Positions 32,201 through 41,900 of a stretch of DNA of 64,000 nucleotides are shown here, piece by piece (position 1 is the stretch's first letter; each line of letters opens with the position of its first letter). This DNA comes from Desulfatiglandales bacterium (GTDB taxonomy: Bacteria > Desulfobacterota > DSM-4660 > Desulfatiglandales > Desulfatiglandaceae), in the NCBI GenBank assembly GCA_963666345.1, contig OY762721.1, forward strand, positions 2,176,001 to 2,240,000. Direction: 5' to 3'. The notes under the pieces were generated by a model. That model saw nothing but the letters and a program-made list of their open reading frames with translations. It was not told where the DNA came from and did no database searches. The position numbers were made by a program, and so were the translations under genes.

Positions 32201-32410
32201 CAGATCGGGCCTTATTCTGTAAAGGCCTTTTTCCGCTTCAGTCAGTTTTTCCTGGAGTTCGGCGATCCATCCGGGGTGAGTGAAATCGCCGGTTCCCAGA
32301 ATGGAAATTCCCTTCTTTTTTGCCCATATAAACAGGTTCTCGGGATTGAGAGACTTGGAGGTGGCCCTGGAGTAGTGAGAGTGGATATGAAGGTCTGCGA
32401 TGATTTTCAT
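29216..32410 (-). CDS. Endonuclease Q-like PHP/Zn-finger domain fused to a UvrD/PcrA-type SF1 helicase
   Basis: ADLHIHSHYS, PAHIWTPW, NSDAHS, DGHRKC..CPVCG, then AGPGTGKT, DEYQD, GDPDQAIYGFRG, NYRS, HSAKGLEW, YVGMTRA. Confidence 0.9.
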   Translation of the reverse strand: MKIIADLHIHSHYSRATSKSLNPENLFIWAKKKGISILGTGDFTHPGWIAELQEKLTEAEKGLYRIRPDLKKALTPQLYSSCSSPVRFVLSGEISCIYKKGGKTRKAHHLILMPDFESVKRLNRRLDKIGNILSDGRPILGIDSRNLLELALEADDRALFIPAHIWTPWFSLFGSKSGFDTIEECFEDLTGHIHALETGLSSDPPMNRLISKLDDFLLISNSDAHSPSKLGREANILEIDPDYDCLALALTKGTGFLGTVEFFPQEGKYHLDGHRKCNIRCHPKETLRLKGICPVCGRPLTVGVLNRIFQLSDRRTPEISKDFVSLIPLAEIISELLNCGPATKKVQGVYEGLLNTLGPELNILLDLQLSDLEEAGGAALKEAIFRMRQNRIICKEGYDGEYGTIHLFDDSEKAGLCGQMALFSDRSKKVGPSKKKSNKPASLIKDKSCPVLKKPPISDHILDTLNQEQAAAVKHSGGHLLVVAGPGTGKTLTLTHRIAYLIREKIAKPEQILALTFTRKAAREMEQRLGRLLSLEKPGAIHVSTFHRFCLDILRNNADKAGFEDGFSLCTEFDAEYIAQEAIKASDQKGMSLKKFLNGLVLYKGSDLMGQRHLPLFDNKASPFSLYQDRLKAMSMLDLYDLEIEALRLLREDPDLSSFYSEKCPWLFVDEYQDTNPLQAEVLKMIAGAGKTSLFAIGDPDQAIYGFRGSDVENFLRFHTDFPGAKEVTLKRNYRSTETILKGAAALLHNAPLETKEKGGFPVFHASCNTDDEEAEMIVEQVERFMGGTSYFSLDSGRVESHEGDDSLSFGDIGVLYRLNAQGDTLEKAFKRAGIPFVRSGEKPLVKNRSIELIWRYLQCCSYPENPFFPLVYEKILANQGLGEIRADFSIDMKKDKVELVELAIEKHRLIASTDEEKEAVNRFRLFANEFNGSLKGFLDFLSLERGIDHSLLMGDRVALMSLHSAKGLEWPVVFITGCEDGIIPMTLFGDANLEEEKRLFYVGMTRAKSRLVISHAKKRGLKGQVLFLAPSPFISSIPISLLNRLERRGWRPKKRPYKQMELF

Positions 32411-32693
32411 GTTGCATAGAAAACTACATACCTTGGACTATGTCAACCAGATCCGTCACCCCCTGAGCCGGCCTCTTCAGCGGGGGGTGTCTTCTCCAGC
32501 CTTTACGTGGAAGTGGGAACACCCATGGGCCTTTGTGGATGTTACCCGCGCTGATAGGGCACCGAGGAAGAAACCCCAGACAGCTGCGGGTCTCAAAAAA
32601 TATTTGAGGTTTTTATCGTTTTGAAATAGCCTAGCATCTGCTGTATTTGGAAATTTTTATTATCTCAAGATCCTGGGAAAGGAAGGGTGAAAA

Positions 32694-34664
32694 ATGCAGG
32701 TCCTCGTCGTAGACAATGATCAGCTCATTCTGGAATTCATGAAAGATACCATATCGGGTGAGGGGCACGAAATTTTGACTGCAGAAGACGGCCTTTCAGC
32801 CCTGGATCTATTGAAAAAGACCTCTCCTGATATAATTTTTACCGACTGGATAATGCCTAATATCGACGGGCGGAGGCTTTGCAGAATTATCCGCGGCATG
32901 GATCATCTGAAAAATACCGCCCTTGTCGTTGTTTCATCGGTTGCTGCCGAGGAAGAAATCGATTTTTCCGAACTGGGGGTTCAGACCTGTTTGGTCAAAG
33001 GGCCTTTTGATGAAATGGCCGACCATATCAGATCTATCCTTGAGAGGGCGGACTCAAAGGCTTATATGCAAGAACAGGTAAGCATGCTGGGGGTTGAGAA
33101 TATAATTCCCAGGGGATCTACTGAAGAATTGCTTGCCGTAAAGAGGCACTTTGAGATAATCCTCGAGAGGATGGCCGAAGGCATACTGGAGGTCACGCTT
33201 GACGGAAGGATTATATATTCAAACCCGACCGCCCTTTCTCTGATCGAGATGCCGGAAGAAGTCCTGCTCGGTTCCAGAATCGAGGACCTTTTTTCCGGGG
33301 AGGACCGCGAGAAGGTGGCCGAACTGATGGTGTCACCCGGAATAGAACCAAAGGTGATATCCGATGACCGACCTCTCTCGCTCGGCTCCTACCTGGTGAC
33401 CATGTGCATGCTCAGTATAGAGGGAAGAGATTCCAGCTCGATACTTATTCTCAATAATGTAACTGAAAGGAAAAGGGCTGAAAGGTCGCTTCAAAAGCGG
33501 AATCAGGAGCTGGGACTTCTGAACAAGTTCAGCCATACCCTTACTTCCACTCTTGAACTTGACCAGGTCTTCGCTATCCTTCTGGAGGAGGTGCGGCGAA
33601 TTCTTGAGGTTTCGGGAACAACAATATGGCTGATTGATGATGATTCCGGTGAGCTTGTATGCCGCCAGGCAACCGGCGAGCATGGCAAATCGATTGAAGG
33701 CTGGCGCCTTTCCCCGGGAGAGGGCCTTGCCGGGTGGGTTGCAGCCAAGGGAGAGAGTCTTATTGTTGAAGACACCCGTTCCGACGACCGCCATCTGAAG
33801 TCTGTTGATAAATATACAGGAATGGAGCTTCTGTCTATCATGAGCGTGCCTCTTACAACGAAGGGAAACGTGATAGGTGTGCTCCAGGTCGTTGATATCG
33901 GAAAGGGTCGGTTTGATAACTCCCATCTGAGTCTTCTGGAGGCCCTCGGGGCATCGGCCGCCGTAGCAATCGAAAACGCAAGCCTGTATAAGCGGGCCCA
34001 GCAGGAGATAGAGGAAAGGGCAAGCGTTGAGGCGAATCTTCAGCGGACACTCAGTGTCATGCGCAAAAGCCTGGATGTTACAATACAGGCTATGGCAATG
34101 ACAGTTGAAAGGAGAGATCCTTATACGGCCGGGCACCAGCGCAGGGTGGCGGACCTTGCAAGGGCGATAGCAACCGAAATGGGCCTGTCCGAAGAACAGA
34201 TAGACGGTATCAGGATAGCAGGCTCGATTCATGATATCGGGAAAATCTCGGTGCCGGCCGAGATTCTAAGCAAACCGGGGTCTCTTTCCGAAAAGGAGTT
34301 CGCGCTCATTCAGGATCACCCTCAGATCGGATTCGATATATTGAAGGAAATGGAATTCCCTTGGCCTATTGCCAAGATAGTTCGGCAACATCATGAAAAA
34401 CTGGATGGTTCAGGCTATCCCCTGGGAATAAAGGGTGAGGATATATTGCTCGAGGCCAAGATAATAACCGTTGCCGATGTTGTAGAGGCTATGGGATCTC
34501 ACAGGCCCTACAGGCCTTCCCTGGGTATTGAAAAGGCCCTGGGGCATGTGAAAAGGGAAAGAGGCGCGCTTTATGATGAAAAGGTCGTTGATGCGTGTGT
34601 GAGCCTGTTCGAGGAAAAGAAGTTTTCCTTTGATAAGTCGGTTAAGAAGGATATCGTTTCCTGA
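32694..34664 (+). CDS. REC-PAS-GAF-HD-GYP signalling phosphodiesterase
   Basis: VLVVDND..TDWIMPNIDG receiver, PAS (IIYSNP), GAF, RDPYTAGHQ, HDIGK, HHEKLDGSGYP, HRPYR. Confidence 0.9.
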   Translation: MQVLVVDNDQLILEFMKDTISGEGHEILTAEDGLSALDLLKKTSPDIIFTDWIMPNIDGRRLCRIIRGMDHLKNTALVVVSSVAAEEEIDFSELGVQTCLVKGPFDEMADHIRSILERADSKAYMQEQVSMLGVENIIPRGSTEELLAVKRHFEIILERMAEGILEVTLDGRIIYSNPTALSLIEMPEEVLLGSRIEDLFSGEDREKVAELMVSPGIEPKVISDDRPLSLGSYLVTMCMLSIEGRDSSSILILNNVTERKRAERSLQKRNQELGLLNKFSHTLTSTLELDQVFAILLEEVRRILEVSGTTIWLIDDDSGELVCRQATGEHGKSIEGWRLSPGEGLAGWVAAKGESLIVEDTRSDDRHLKSVDKYTGMELLSIMSVPLTTKGNVIGVLQVVDIGKGRFDNSHLSLLEALGASAAVAIENASLYKRAQQEIEERASVEANLQRTLSVMRKSLDVTIQAMAMTVERRDPYTAGHQRRVADLARAIATEMGLSEEQIDGIRIAGSIHDIGKISVPAEILSKPGSLSEKEFALIQDHPQIGFDILKEMEFPWPIAKIVRQHHEKLDGSGYPLGIKGEDILLEAKIITVADVVEAMGSHRPYRPSLGIEKALGHVKRERGALYDEKVVDACVSLFEEKKFSFDKSVKKDIVS

Positions 34665-34685
34665 GCCTGCCTTTCCGCCTTCATG

Positions 34686-36539
34686 TCAGGTAGAAGATTT
34701 TTCCTCCCACAGAGCGGCCCTGAGGCCTGATGCCCTTTCTATCCTTCTTTTTGCCGCTGCGGTAAAAAGATTTGATTTCGCCCAGACCTGCGCCCTTTTC
34801 CTTGTCCTTGTAATACCGGTATAGATCAGTTCCCTTGTCACCAGGGGCGAATCGTAATCGGGCAGAACGAGCATGGTGGTGTCGAATTCAGAGCCCTGAC
34901 TTTTGTGAACCGTCATGGCAAATACGGTCTCATGCTGCGGAAGATTAACCGGGGGCAGCCTGCGAAGTCCCTCCGTCGTTTTAAAGAAGGCCCTGAGTTC
35001 ACAGTCTTCAGATGGATCCTCGAGCACGATTCCTATGTCGCCGTTAAAAAGTCCGAGATTGTAGTCGTTTCTTGTAACGAGAATCGGTCTTCCTCTGTAC
35101 CAGCGTCTTGAGTTGTCGATAAGCTTTTCATCTCTTAATATGTCTTCCACAAGCCTGTTAAGATTGTCTACCCCGAAGGCCCCCTTTCTGAGGGCGCACA
35201 AAATCCTGAATCTTTCAAACAGGCTGAAGACCTCGGACGGATCTGAGGCGGTCTCCAAAAATGGCGCAAAACCTGAAAGAACCGAATCCTTTATGGCCCT
35301 TTTAAGATTGGAAGGCTCGGGAAGCGATTTCCAGGATATGTCTTTAAATGCGGCATCTTTCAAGATATCGAGGGCAGCCTCTCCCCTACCCTCGTTTACT
35401 GTTCTGCTTACCTCATAAATGCCGCTTTTTTCCGGAAAACGGTAGCTTTTTGTAAGTTGAACCAGGCAGTCCCGGATCTTTGGCATGCCTTTGGCGGAGG
35501 AGAAATCCCTTATCTTTATGCCTGTAATTTCCAGAAAAGAGGTTGAAAAATTTTCCGAAAAACCGTTAGATCCCCCGGTGCCGCATATGTCTCCCAGCAC
35601 GGCTCCCGCCTCCACAGATGCGAGCTGATCTTTGTCTCCAAGGAGAATTATCCTGGCATCAGTCGGTATGGCCTGTACAAGTTTGGATAGAAGTGCGAGG
35701 TCCACCATGGATGCCTCGTCGATTACGACCACTGATGAGGAAAGCGGATTGGCCTGATTGTGTCTGAAATAGGGAGACCCTGGAATTGTACCGAGCAGCC
35801 TGTGGATGGTTGATGCCTCCGTTGGGATGGCCCTCTTGATCTCTTCTGAGAAGGGAATCTTCTGTTTGAAGAAATTAACGGCCTCCTGCAGGCGTGCGGC
35901 CGCTTTTCCGGTAGGGGCCGCAAGGGAAATCCTTGCTTCCCGGTCCTGTTCAAGTATAAGAGCCAGGATCTTGGAAATCAGCGTACTCTTTCCCGTGCCC
36001 GGCCCCCCTGAGATTACGCACAGCCCTTTCATAAGGGATATGAATGCGGCAACCATCTGGAGTTGAGAGCCGTCCTCCGCCTCTCCTTCAAAGAGACGCA
36101 AAAGCCCGTTTTTTAAAAGGGAGGCATCGATACCCTGGACCCGTCTTTCGGAGCGAGCCCTGAGATCCTTTGAAAGCAGATCCTCATATTCCCAGTACCT
36201 GTAAAGATAGAGCCTTGAACATGAGTCAAGGATAAGCGGTTTGTATTCTCCCGGTCGGCCCACCACAGGGGATGATTTTAGCTCGCAGATCCATTCTTTT
36301 AGGGCGGGTGTTTCAAGATCGTCCGGTAAAGGGTCTTGCCGGTACGGCAGTTCGCACTTAAGAGCCTCAAGATCCAGGCAGACATTGCCCTGCGAGGTGG
36401 CGCGGCTTACAAGGGCTGAGGCAAGAAAAAGCCCGGGCGAGGCCTTATCCGAAAGCCTTAACATGAGTTTGGCAAAATGGATGTCGAGTTCCTGGAATAT
36501 CCCTTTTTGAAGGAGGTCTTTTATTACTTTTTCGTCCAT
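34686..36539 (-). CDS. recD: Exodeoxyribonuclease V alpha subunit
   Basis: LYLYRYW, SGGPGTGKS, APTGKAAARL, DEASMVD, QLASVEAG, NGDIG, TVHKSQGSEF; start uncertain (36539-36641). Confidence 0.93.
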   Translation of the reverse strand: MDEKVIKDLLQKGIFQELDIHFAKLMLRLSDKASPGLFLASALVSRATSQGNVCLDLEALKCELPYRQDPLPDDLETPALKEWICELKSSPVVGRPGEYKPLILDSCSRLYLYRYWEYEDLLSKDLRARSERRVQGIDASLLKNGLLRLFEGEAEDGSQLQMVAAFISLMKGLCVISGGPGTGKSTLISKILALILEQDREARISLAAPTGKAAARLQEAVNFFKQKIPFSEEIKRAIPTEASTIHRLLGTIPGSPYFRHNQANPLSSSVVVIDEASMVDLALLSKLVQAIPTDARIILLGDKDQLASVEAGAVLGDICGTGGSNGFSENFSTSFLEITGIKIRDFSSAKGMPKIRDCLVQLTKSYRFPEKSGIYEVSRTVNEGRGEAALDILKDAAFKDISWKSLPEPSNLKRAIKDSVLSGFAPFLETASDPSEVFSLFERFRILCALRKGAFGVDNLNRLVEDILRDEKLIDNSRRWYRGRPILVTRNDYNLGLFNGDIGIVLEDPSEDCELRAFFKTTEGLRRLPPVNLPQHETVFAMTVHKSQGSEFDTTMLVLPDYDSPLVTRELIYTGITRTRKRAQVWAKSNLFTAAAKRRIERASGLRAALWEEKSST

Positions 36540-36647
36540 GCCCCATTTATCTATCATAAAACCAGAGAGCAGGAAAGGATGCTTTAACCGAAATCCATCC
36601 CCTGATAAGAGCTGCAAAACCTGATGCAGGTTTTTGGACATGCCTGT

Positions 36648-37655
36648 CTAGGGGTTGGCCTTTCTCACTGCTCGGCAATAATATCTGTAGTCCTTTTTGT
36701 TGTCATTTATGTCGCCTGAGAAGAAATTGGTCATCCAGGCCGAATCCGGGTGGAAGATGTAGCTGGTTGAAGACCAATAATAGGATGAGGCTGTGCCGGG
36801 AAATGCCTTTATGTCAATTGCGGGGTTCCGATTCAGATAGTTTACGATAGAGAGGAGTTCGTTTATGTCGGGAAGCCGCCAGTCTTTGTGACCGGCAAAC
36901 TCAAGCTCTTCACAATACCTGAGGGCCTCCATCCATGTAAAAGGGCCGGAGCTTTTCTTCCGCCACATAAGACCTGTGGTTTTGTCTGTTACAGTGCCGT
37001 CGTTATTATCGATCGGTTCAATGACCTCCGAGCCGCCCCTAACGGCCCTTGCCCTGTAAAGTTGAGACCTGTACTCCCTGGTTATGTTTCCGTTAAGAAA
37101 GAGCAACAGCCAGTAGCCTGGGAGTTCCTCTGTTCCAAGGGTCGATGACCAGTAGTAGTTTGACGCGGTATTAGGAAAAAAGTCCTTGTCAAGGGCCGGA
37201 CCGTATCTGTCCCTCATGATCAGGGTATTAAGCTCTTTTATATCAGGAATCCTCCAGTTGGAAAAACCTCCGAACCTTTCGGTATTCAAACGCCTTATAA
37301 AAACGGTTTCCGATTCGGCAGATGTAAAAAGCCTGTGCATGTCATGAACGGACCCGTCCCTGGTTTTTACCTCCCAGACAAGCCCTGTGGTATTATCCTT
37401 CACCATTATCCAGTTAATTGCTGAATCTGCGAGCTTCTCTCCGTTTTCTCCCAATTTGGTGTAGGAGCGGGCATTTCCACGGTATTGCGCATCCTGCCCG
37501 TAAAAGTCGTCCCCTTCAAGGGGGCAGTCGACGACATTTTTGTCGTCATAACAACCACTCTGACCCGTATCAAGCACAGGAGCGGCCAATGACATTGCCG
37601 GAAAAAAGAGGGCCGCGAATACGACCGTATTTGAGATACCCAGATATTTTATCAT
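36648..37655 (-). CDS. Secreted DUF1566 (Lcl/CLec-like) tandem-domain protein
   Basis: Signal peptide, DTGQ..CY..GQDA, two repeats of D.TTGL.W / WR.P.I.EL / YWSST / RAVR; GGAGG before ATG 37655. Confidence 0.88.
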   Translation of the reverse strand: MIKYLGISNTVVFAALFFPAMSLAAPVLDTGQSGCYDDKNVVDCPLEGDDFYGQDAQYRGNARSYTKLGENGEKLADSAINWIMVKDNTTGLVWEVKTRDGSVHDMHRLFTSAESETVFIRRLNTERFGGFSNWRIPDIKELNTLIMRDRYGPALDKDFFPNTASNYYWSSTLGTEELPGYWLLLFLNGNITREYRSQLYRARAVRGGSEVIEPIDNNDGTVTDKTTGLMWRKKSSGPFTWMEALRYCEELEFAGHKDWRLPDINELLSIVNYLNRNPAIDIKAFPGTASSYYWSSTSYIFHPDSAWMTNFFSGDINDNKKDYRYYCRAVRKANP

Positions 37656-37867
37656 GTTTTGTCCTCCCTGGTCCCTGCCCGGCTGGAAATTCTCCTGCAC
37701 TTGAAATTTTTACTGTTCCGTCTAACCTTTGATCTTTTGAAATGCATCAAGGTTGCCTATATAGAAAAATAAATATTATTTCCGCTGAAACAAGGATGGC
37801 CTTCCGCCTTTATTTCCTTACCGTCACGACGGGAGATCGTCATCTATGTCTTTTCTAAGATTTGAAG

Positions 37868-38000
37868 GCTTCGTAAAAAGATCAACTGCCATTCGACAAG
37901 CTCATGGCCCCGGGTTAAATCGAAGGGCTGCGCCTGCGACTAGCCAAGCCGAGCAGTTATGCTTTATCTTTCGTCATTGCAGGTCCGCTAAAAGCTGGAT
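37868..38000 (+). repeat. Composite non-coding dispersed repeat (MITE/REP-like), copy 1
   Basis: Aligns by eye to the reverse complement of 48036-48143, e.g. AGCCAAGCCGAGCAGTTATGCTTTATCTTTCGTCATTGC versus AGCCAGGCCGAACAGTTATGCTTCATCTTTCGTCATTGC. Confidence 0.85.
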
Positions 38001-38354
38001 AAGTATGGCTCATTCATCGAGATTGTCAGCAGTTGCCAATCGGGCATGGCCCTCATAATTGGGAGCGGATGCCTAACATTTTGAAGTGAAATGGTCTGCC
38101 CGATGCCTGTTCCTTTTGCCCTGGATTATTCACTTGTAACCCAAGGGGTCGTAGGATTTATTTTGAAAAAATTATGCTCTTTGGTTATGAATATTGTTTT
38201 AAGATAACTTGAAACTTGTTTGAAAAGAAGATATGAAAGGTAAAAAACTTCAGGCTAAAGCGCCGTTAAGGCGCTTTTATTTCATGGTATTACCAGGACG
38301 TACGGATCGATATCGTACGGTAGGAACCGATAAGATGGTCGGAAAGGAATTGAA

Positions 38355-38801
38355 ATGAATTCAAGTACAAAAATAGGAATAATTATCTGCGACCGCTACC
38401 GGCGCTGTGCCGGCGGTAAGTGTTTCAGGGCAATGAGAAACAGAGAAGGGGCCTTCAGCATATATGCGGACACCGAGATCGAACTGGTCGGTTATACAAC
38501 CTGTGAAGGCTGTCCCGGGGGCAACATAGAATACGCCGGCGATGAAATGGTGAAAAACGGGGCCCAGGTTATCCATCTGGCCACCGGTCTGGTTGTCGGT
38601 TATCCCCCCTGCCCTTATATCGATACTTTCAAAGTGTTCCTTGAAAAGCGCTATGGGGTAAAGGTCGTTGTGGGCACCCACCCGATACCCAAAAAATATC
38701 TTGATATGCACACCAGTCTCGGAACGTGGGAAGCCTCCGAATGGGAGCCTATTGTTGGGCCCACCATGTCTGATGCCGAGACCCGCAAAAGTTACGACTA
38801 A
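38355..38801 (+). CDS. CGGC-domain (Cys-rich, putative metal/Fe-S) protein
   Basis: KIGIIIC..CAGGKC, TCEGCPG, VIHLATG, PCP, VVGTH; AAGGA upstream. Confidence 0.88.
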   Translation: MNSSTKIGIIICDRYRRCAGGKCFRAMRNREGAFSIYADTEIELVGYTTCEGCPGGNIEYAGDEMVKNGAQVIHLATGLVVGYPPCPYIDTFKVFLEKRYGVKVVVGTHPIPKKYLDMHTSLGTWEASEWEPIVGPTMSDAETRKSYD

Positions 38802-38927
38802 GATCATCTGCAGGGAAAATTATGGAAGCCGTGCTAAACGCGGTTAAGTTTGTCTCCGGGGCAGTAAAAGGCCTGTTGAGTTGATATCTGCCCTTTTTGG
38901 TCGGTGATGTGGTTGGTAATGTAGTGA

Positions 38928-41900
38928 TCATTGAGGCAAGAGACCTGAAAGATCCAACAGGTCTTTTCTTAACGAATTGATGAAAGCGGGTGTCGGCAGA
39001 TCCCTGAATATCCCGTATGCGGACCTCTTGTCCCTGTCAAGACCCCTCAGGAATATGTAATAGACCCCGCCGAAATTTATTTCATACCTGTAACCGGGAA
39101 GCCTCAGTCTGAGGTACTGGTCAAGTGCGAGGGTATAGATTACATACTGAAGTGTATAGAGGTTCCTTCTCATTTCAAACGCAAGCAGTTCCGGGGCATA
39201 ATCATCAACCCTGGGTCCGAGGAAATTGCTCTTCCAGTCGACAAGAAAAAAGAGGTCGCCCCTTTTGAAGACAAGATCTATAAACCCCCTCATAAACCCC
39301 TTTGAGGGTGAAAAATCAAGCCTTTCAATCTGTTTGTCCATACCCTCCAGAGGAGGTGAGCCTGCAGGTCCTTTAAATATCTCTTTCAGCCTGGACGGGG
39401 TTATTTCTTTTAAGGGAAAATAGAACTCAAGTTCATTCAGCCTGTCCTCCATCCTGATATCGGATAAAGTAAATGATCCTGCCGGGCAGTAAAGCGGCGC
39501 GGAAAAAAGGGATTCCAATGTCTCAAGGATTGTCCGGCTCCAACTATCTTCAAAGCCGTGCTGGAAAAGCTTTCTTGAGATTATTTCACCCGTTTCCGCC
39601 TGATTGACTGAAGTAAAATCGAGATGTTCCAGCAGGTCGTGCAGAAAGGTCCCCGTCTTTGCGCCTTTTGGAAAGGAAAAAATTCCTGAAGCGGCTGTAT
39701 CTTCTTTAGAAAGGGCAAGCATCTTTTCACCTTCCTCGGAAATTGTTTCCAGTTCATCATGATCAGGCAGCTCGGTAAGAAATGACCTTTTTGAAATCAG
39801 ATATGAAAAACTGCTCACACGCCATTGCCTTGAAATGGAGCCTGAAAAATCTCTGAAGGAAAGCCTTTCAGGCTCTTGGAGTTTTGGAAAGGCATCCGTT
39901 TTTGTCAAGTAATCCCTTGAAATGTGAGAAATATCAACGTTTCTCCCGGAGCTCTTTTCCAAAAGGGAGAGTCCTTTTCTAAGCGATTCTTTTTTAAGCG
40001 GGGTAAAAAGCCCTTCCATCTCTTCAATGGAAGGGCCTTCATAATAGAGATAGGAGGGGGCCGAGGTCTGCGCCCCCTTTATGCGCCCCCATACCATATA
40101 GCACCGGTTCTTGGCCCTTGTGAGCGCTACATATAGAAGACGCAGGTCCTCTGAAAGAGTTTCCTGCCTTGCAAGTGCGCTGTTTGTGTCAAGGTCTGAA
40201 GAGCCGAGATCAAGAATATGCCTGTTATTATTTTTTCTGTCATGGAAGAGAATCGTTTTGTCATTCGTTTTCGAACCGTCCCAGAGAAAGGGGCAGAACA
40301 CGACCGGATACTCAAGCCCCTTGCTTTTGTGGATGGTTACCACCATTATCGCCCTCTCATCACTTTCAAGCCTGAGCTGATGTTCCTCAAGCCGTGGTGA
40401 ATCGGAATCTGTCTGGGAAGACAGCCACTTATTTAGACCTTTAATCCCAATACCCGCCTTAAGGGAGGCATCATAAAGCACTTCAGCCAGATGCAGCAGA
40501 TTGGTCAGCCGGCGTTCGCCGTCAGGAAGGGAAAGGAGACGGCTCCTTATCTTTTCCTCAACAATGAATCTGCGAAACATGGGCAAAAAACCGGTCATCT
40601 TCCAAAGCCGATAGTATCGGCGGAAACGGCTTCTTATCGGCTCCCATTTATTCTGGTCTTCCCCTAATTGCTCCAGGTCCTCTCCCGTATAACCGAGGGC
40701 CCTGGTCGCCAGTGCCCTTTTTATCAGGCTTTCATTTTCAGGATCTCCGATTGCATCGAGAATCCATTGCATATCCATGGCCTCAGGGGAGTCAAAAAGG
40801 TTTGAATTGCTGTAAAGGACACTAGGGATATTCAAGGTCGAAAGCATATCCCGCACCATCTTTGCCTCCCTGTTTGTCCTCACGAGCACTGCCAGGTGCT
40901 CTTCCCTTAAAGGTGCTTTTCCCAGCAGGGCCTTCCCCTTTGCTCCCAGGGACAACAGCCTGGAAATTTCCCGTCCCAGCGCGGCCAGTATCCTTTCCCT
41001 TGCCTCGGACTTTGAGAGCGGTTTTCCATCATCCATCTCCTCTAAGGGTTCAATAAGGCATAGCCTGAAGGCAGGCTCCGCTCTTCCCTCAATTAACAGC
41101 GGGGCGGGATGTTTTTCCCTTGCGGCCCTTTGAGTATGAAATGAGATTTCCGGGAAGAGGAAAGGCCTTTTTGCCCTTGAGAAGATGCAATTTATCGCCT
41201 TTATGAGGCCCTTTTCAGAACGCCAGTTACTGCTCAAGGTATAGCGGTTTTCCATCTTTGAAGAGGCGTTGATATAAGTGAAAAGATCCGCTCCCCTGAA
41301 GCCGTAGATAGCCTGTTTAGGATCTCCGATAAGAAAAAGCGGTCTTTTCCCTGTATCAAATATCCTGGAAAAGATATCGTATTGAACAGGATCCGTATCC
41401 TGAAACTCATCGATCAGGGCTGCCTTGAACTTGGCCCTGACCTTTTTTAAAAAGGCGTTCGCCCCATCATCATCAATGACCTCCTTTATCTTGTGAAGAA
41501 GATCACCAAAGGATAACTTGTTCGTCCTGTCCTTTTCCTTAGGCAGGTTCCTTTTTATATAAGATAGCAGTGCCGTCCTCAAAAAAAGGATCCTCTGGTC
41601 GCATTCATTTATCAGGCCTTCCGCGCTTTTATTAAGATCCTCACAGATATGAAACAGCTCATGTTCAGGAGCCGCTTTACCCTTTTTTACCGATTCGCTT
41701 ATCACGCTTGAGGTAAGTTTCCGGAAGTCTTTGAAAAGGGGAAAGGGACCAAGTCTGAGTGAAAGGAGATGATCCATGTCTGTCAGCCAGGAGCTTACCT
41801 TGAGGTCCCTTTTTGAGAAACCTCCGGGACCTTTCTTCGTGGTTCCGTATCTTGTGCCGTTTAGCTCGGCAGTTCTAAGAATTTCTCCAACCTCATTTCT

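Noticed and set aside
33333..34232. 299-aa antisense ORF
   Set aside because: Lies wholly opposite the well-supported HD-GYP gene and has no motifs; a codon-bias shadow.
37846..38058. 70-aa ORF in the recD-recB gap
   Set aside because: Coincides with the non-coding repeat, and the frame is not preserved in the second copy.
36648..38354. Complete DGR cassette
   Set aside because: No reverse transcriptase, Avd or template repeat visible; only a possible target gene is reported.
38361..38807. 148-aa antisense ORF mirroring the CGGC gene
   Set aside because: The plus-strand ORF has the family motifs and an RBS; this one has neither.
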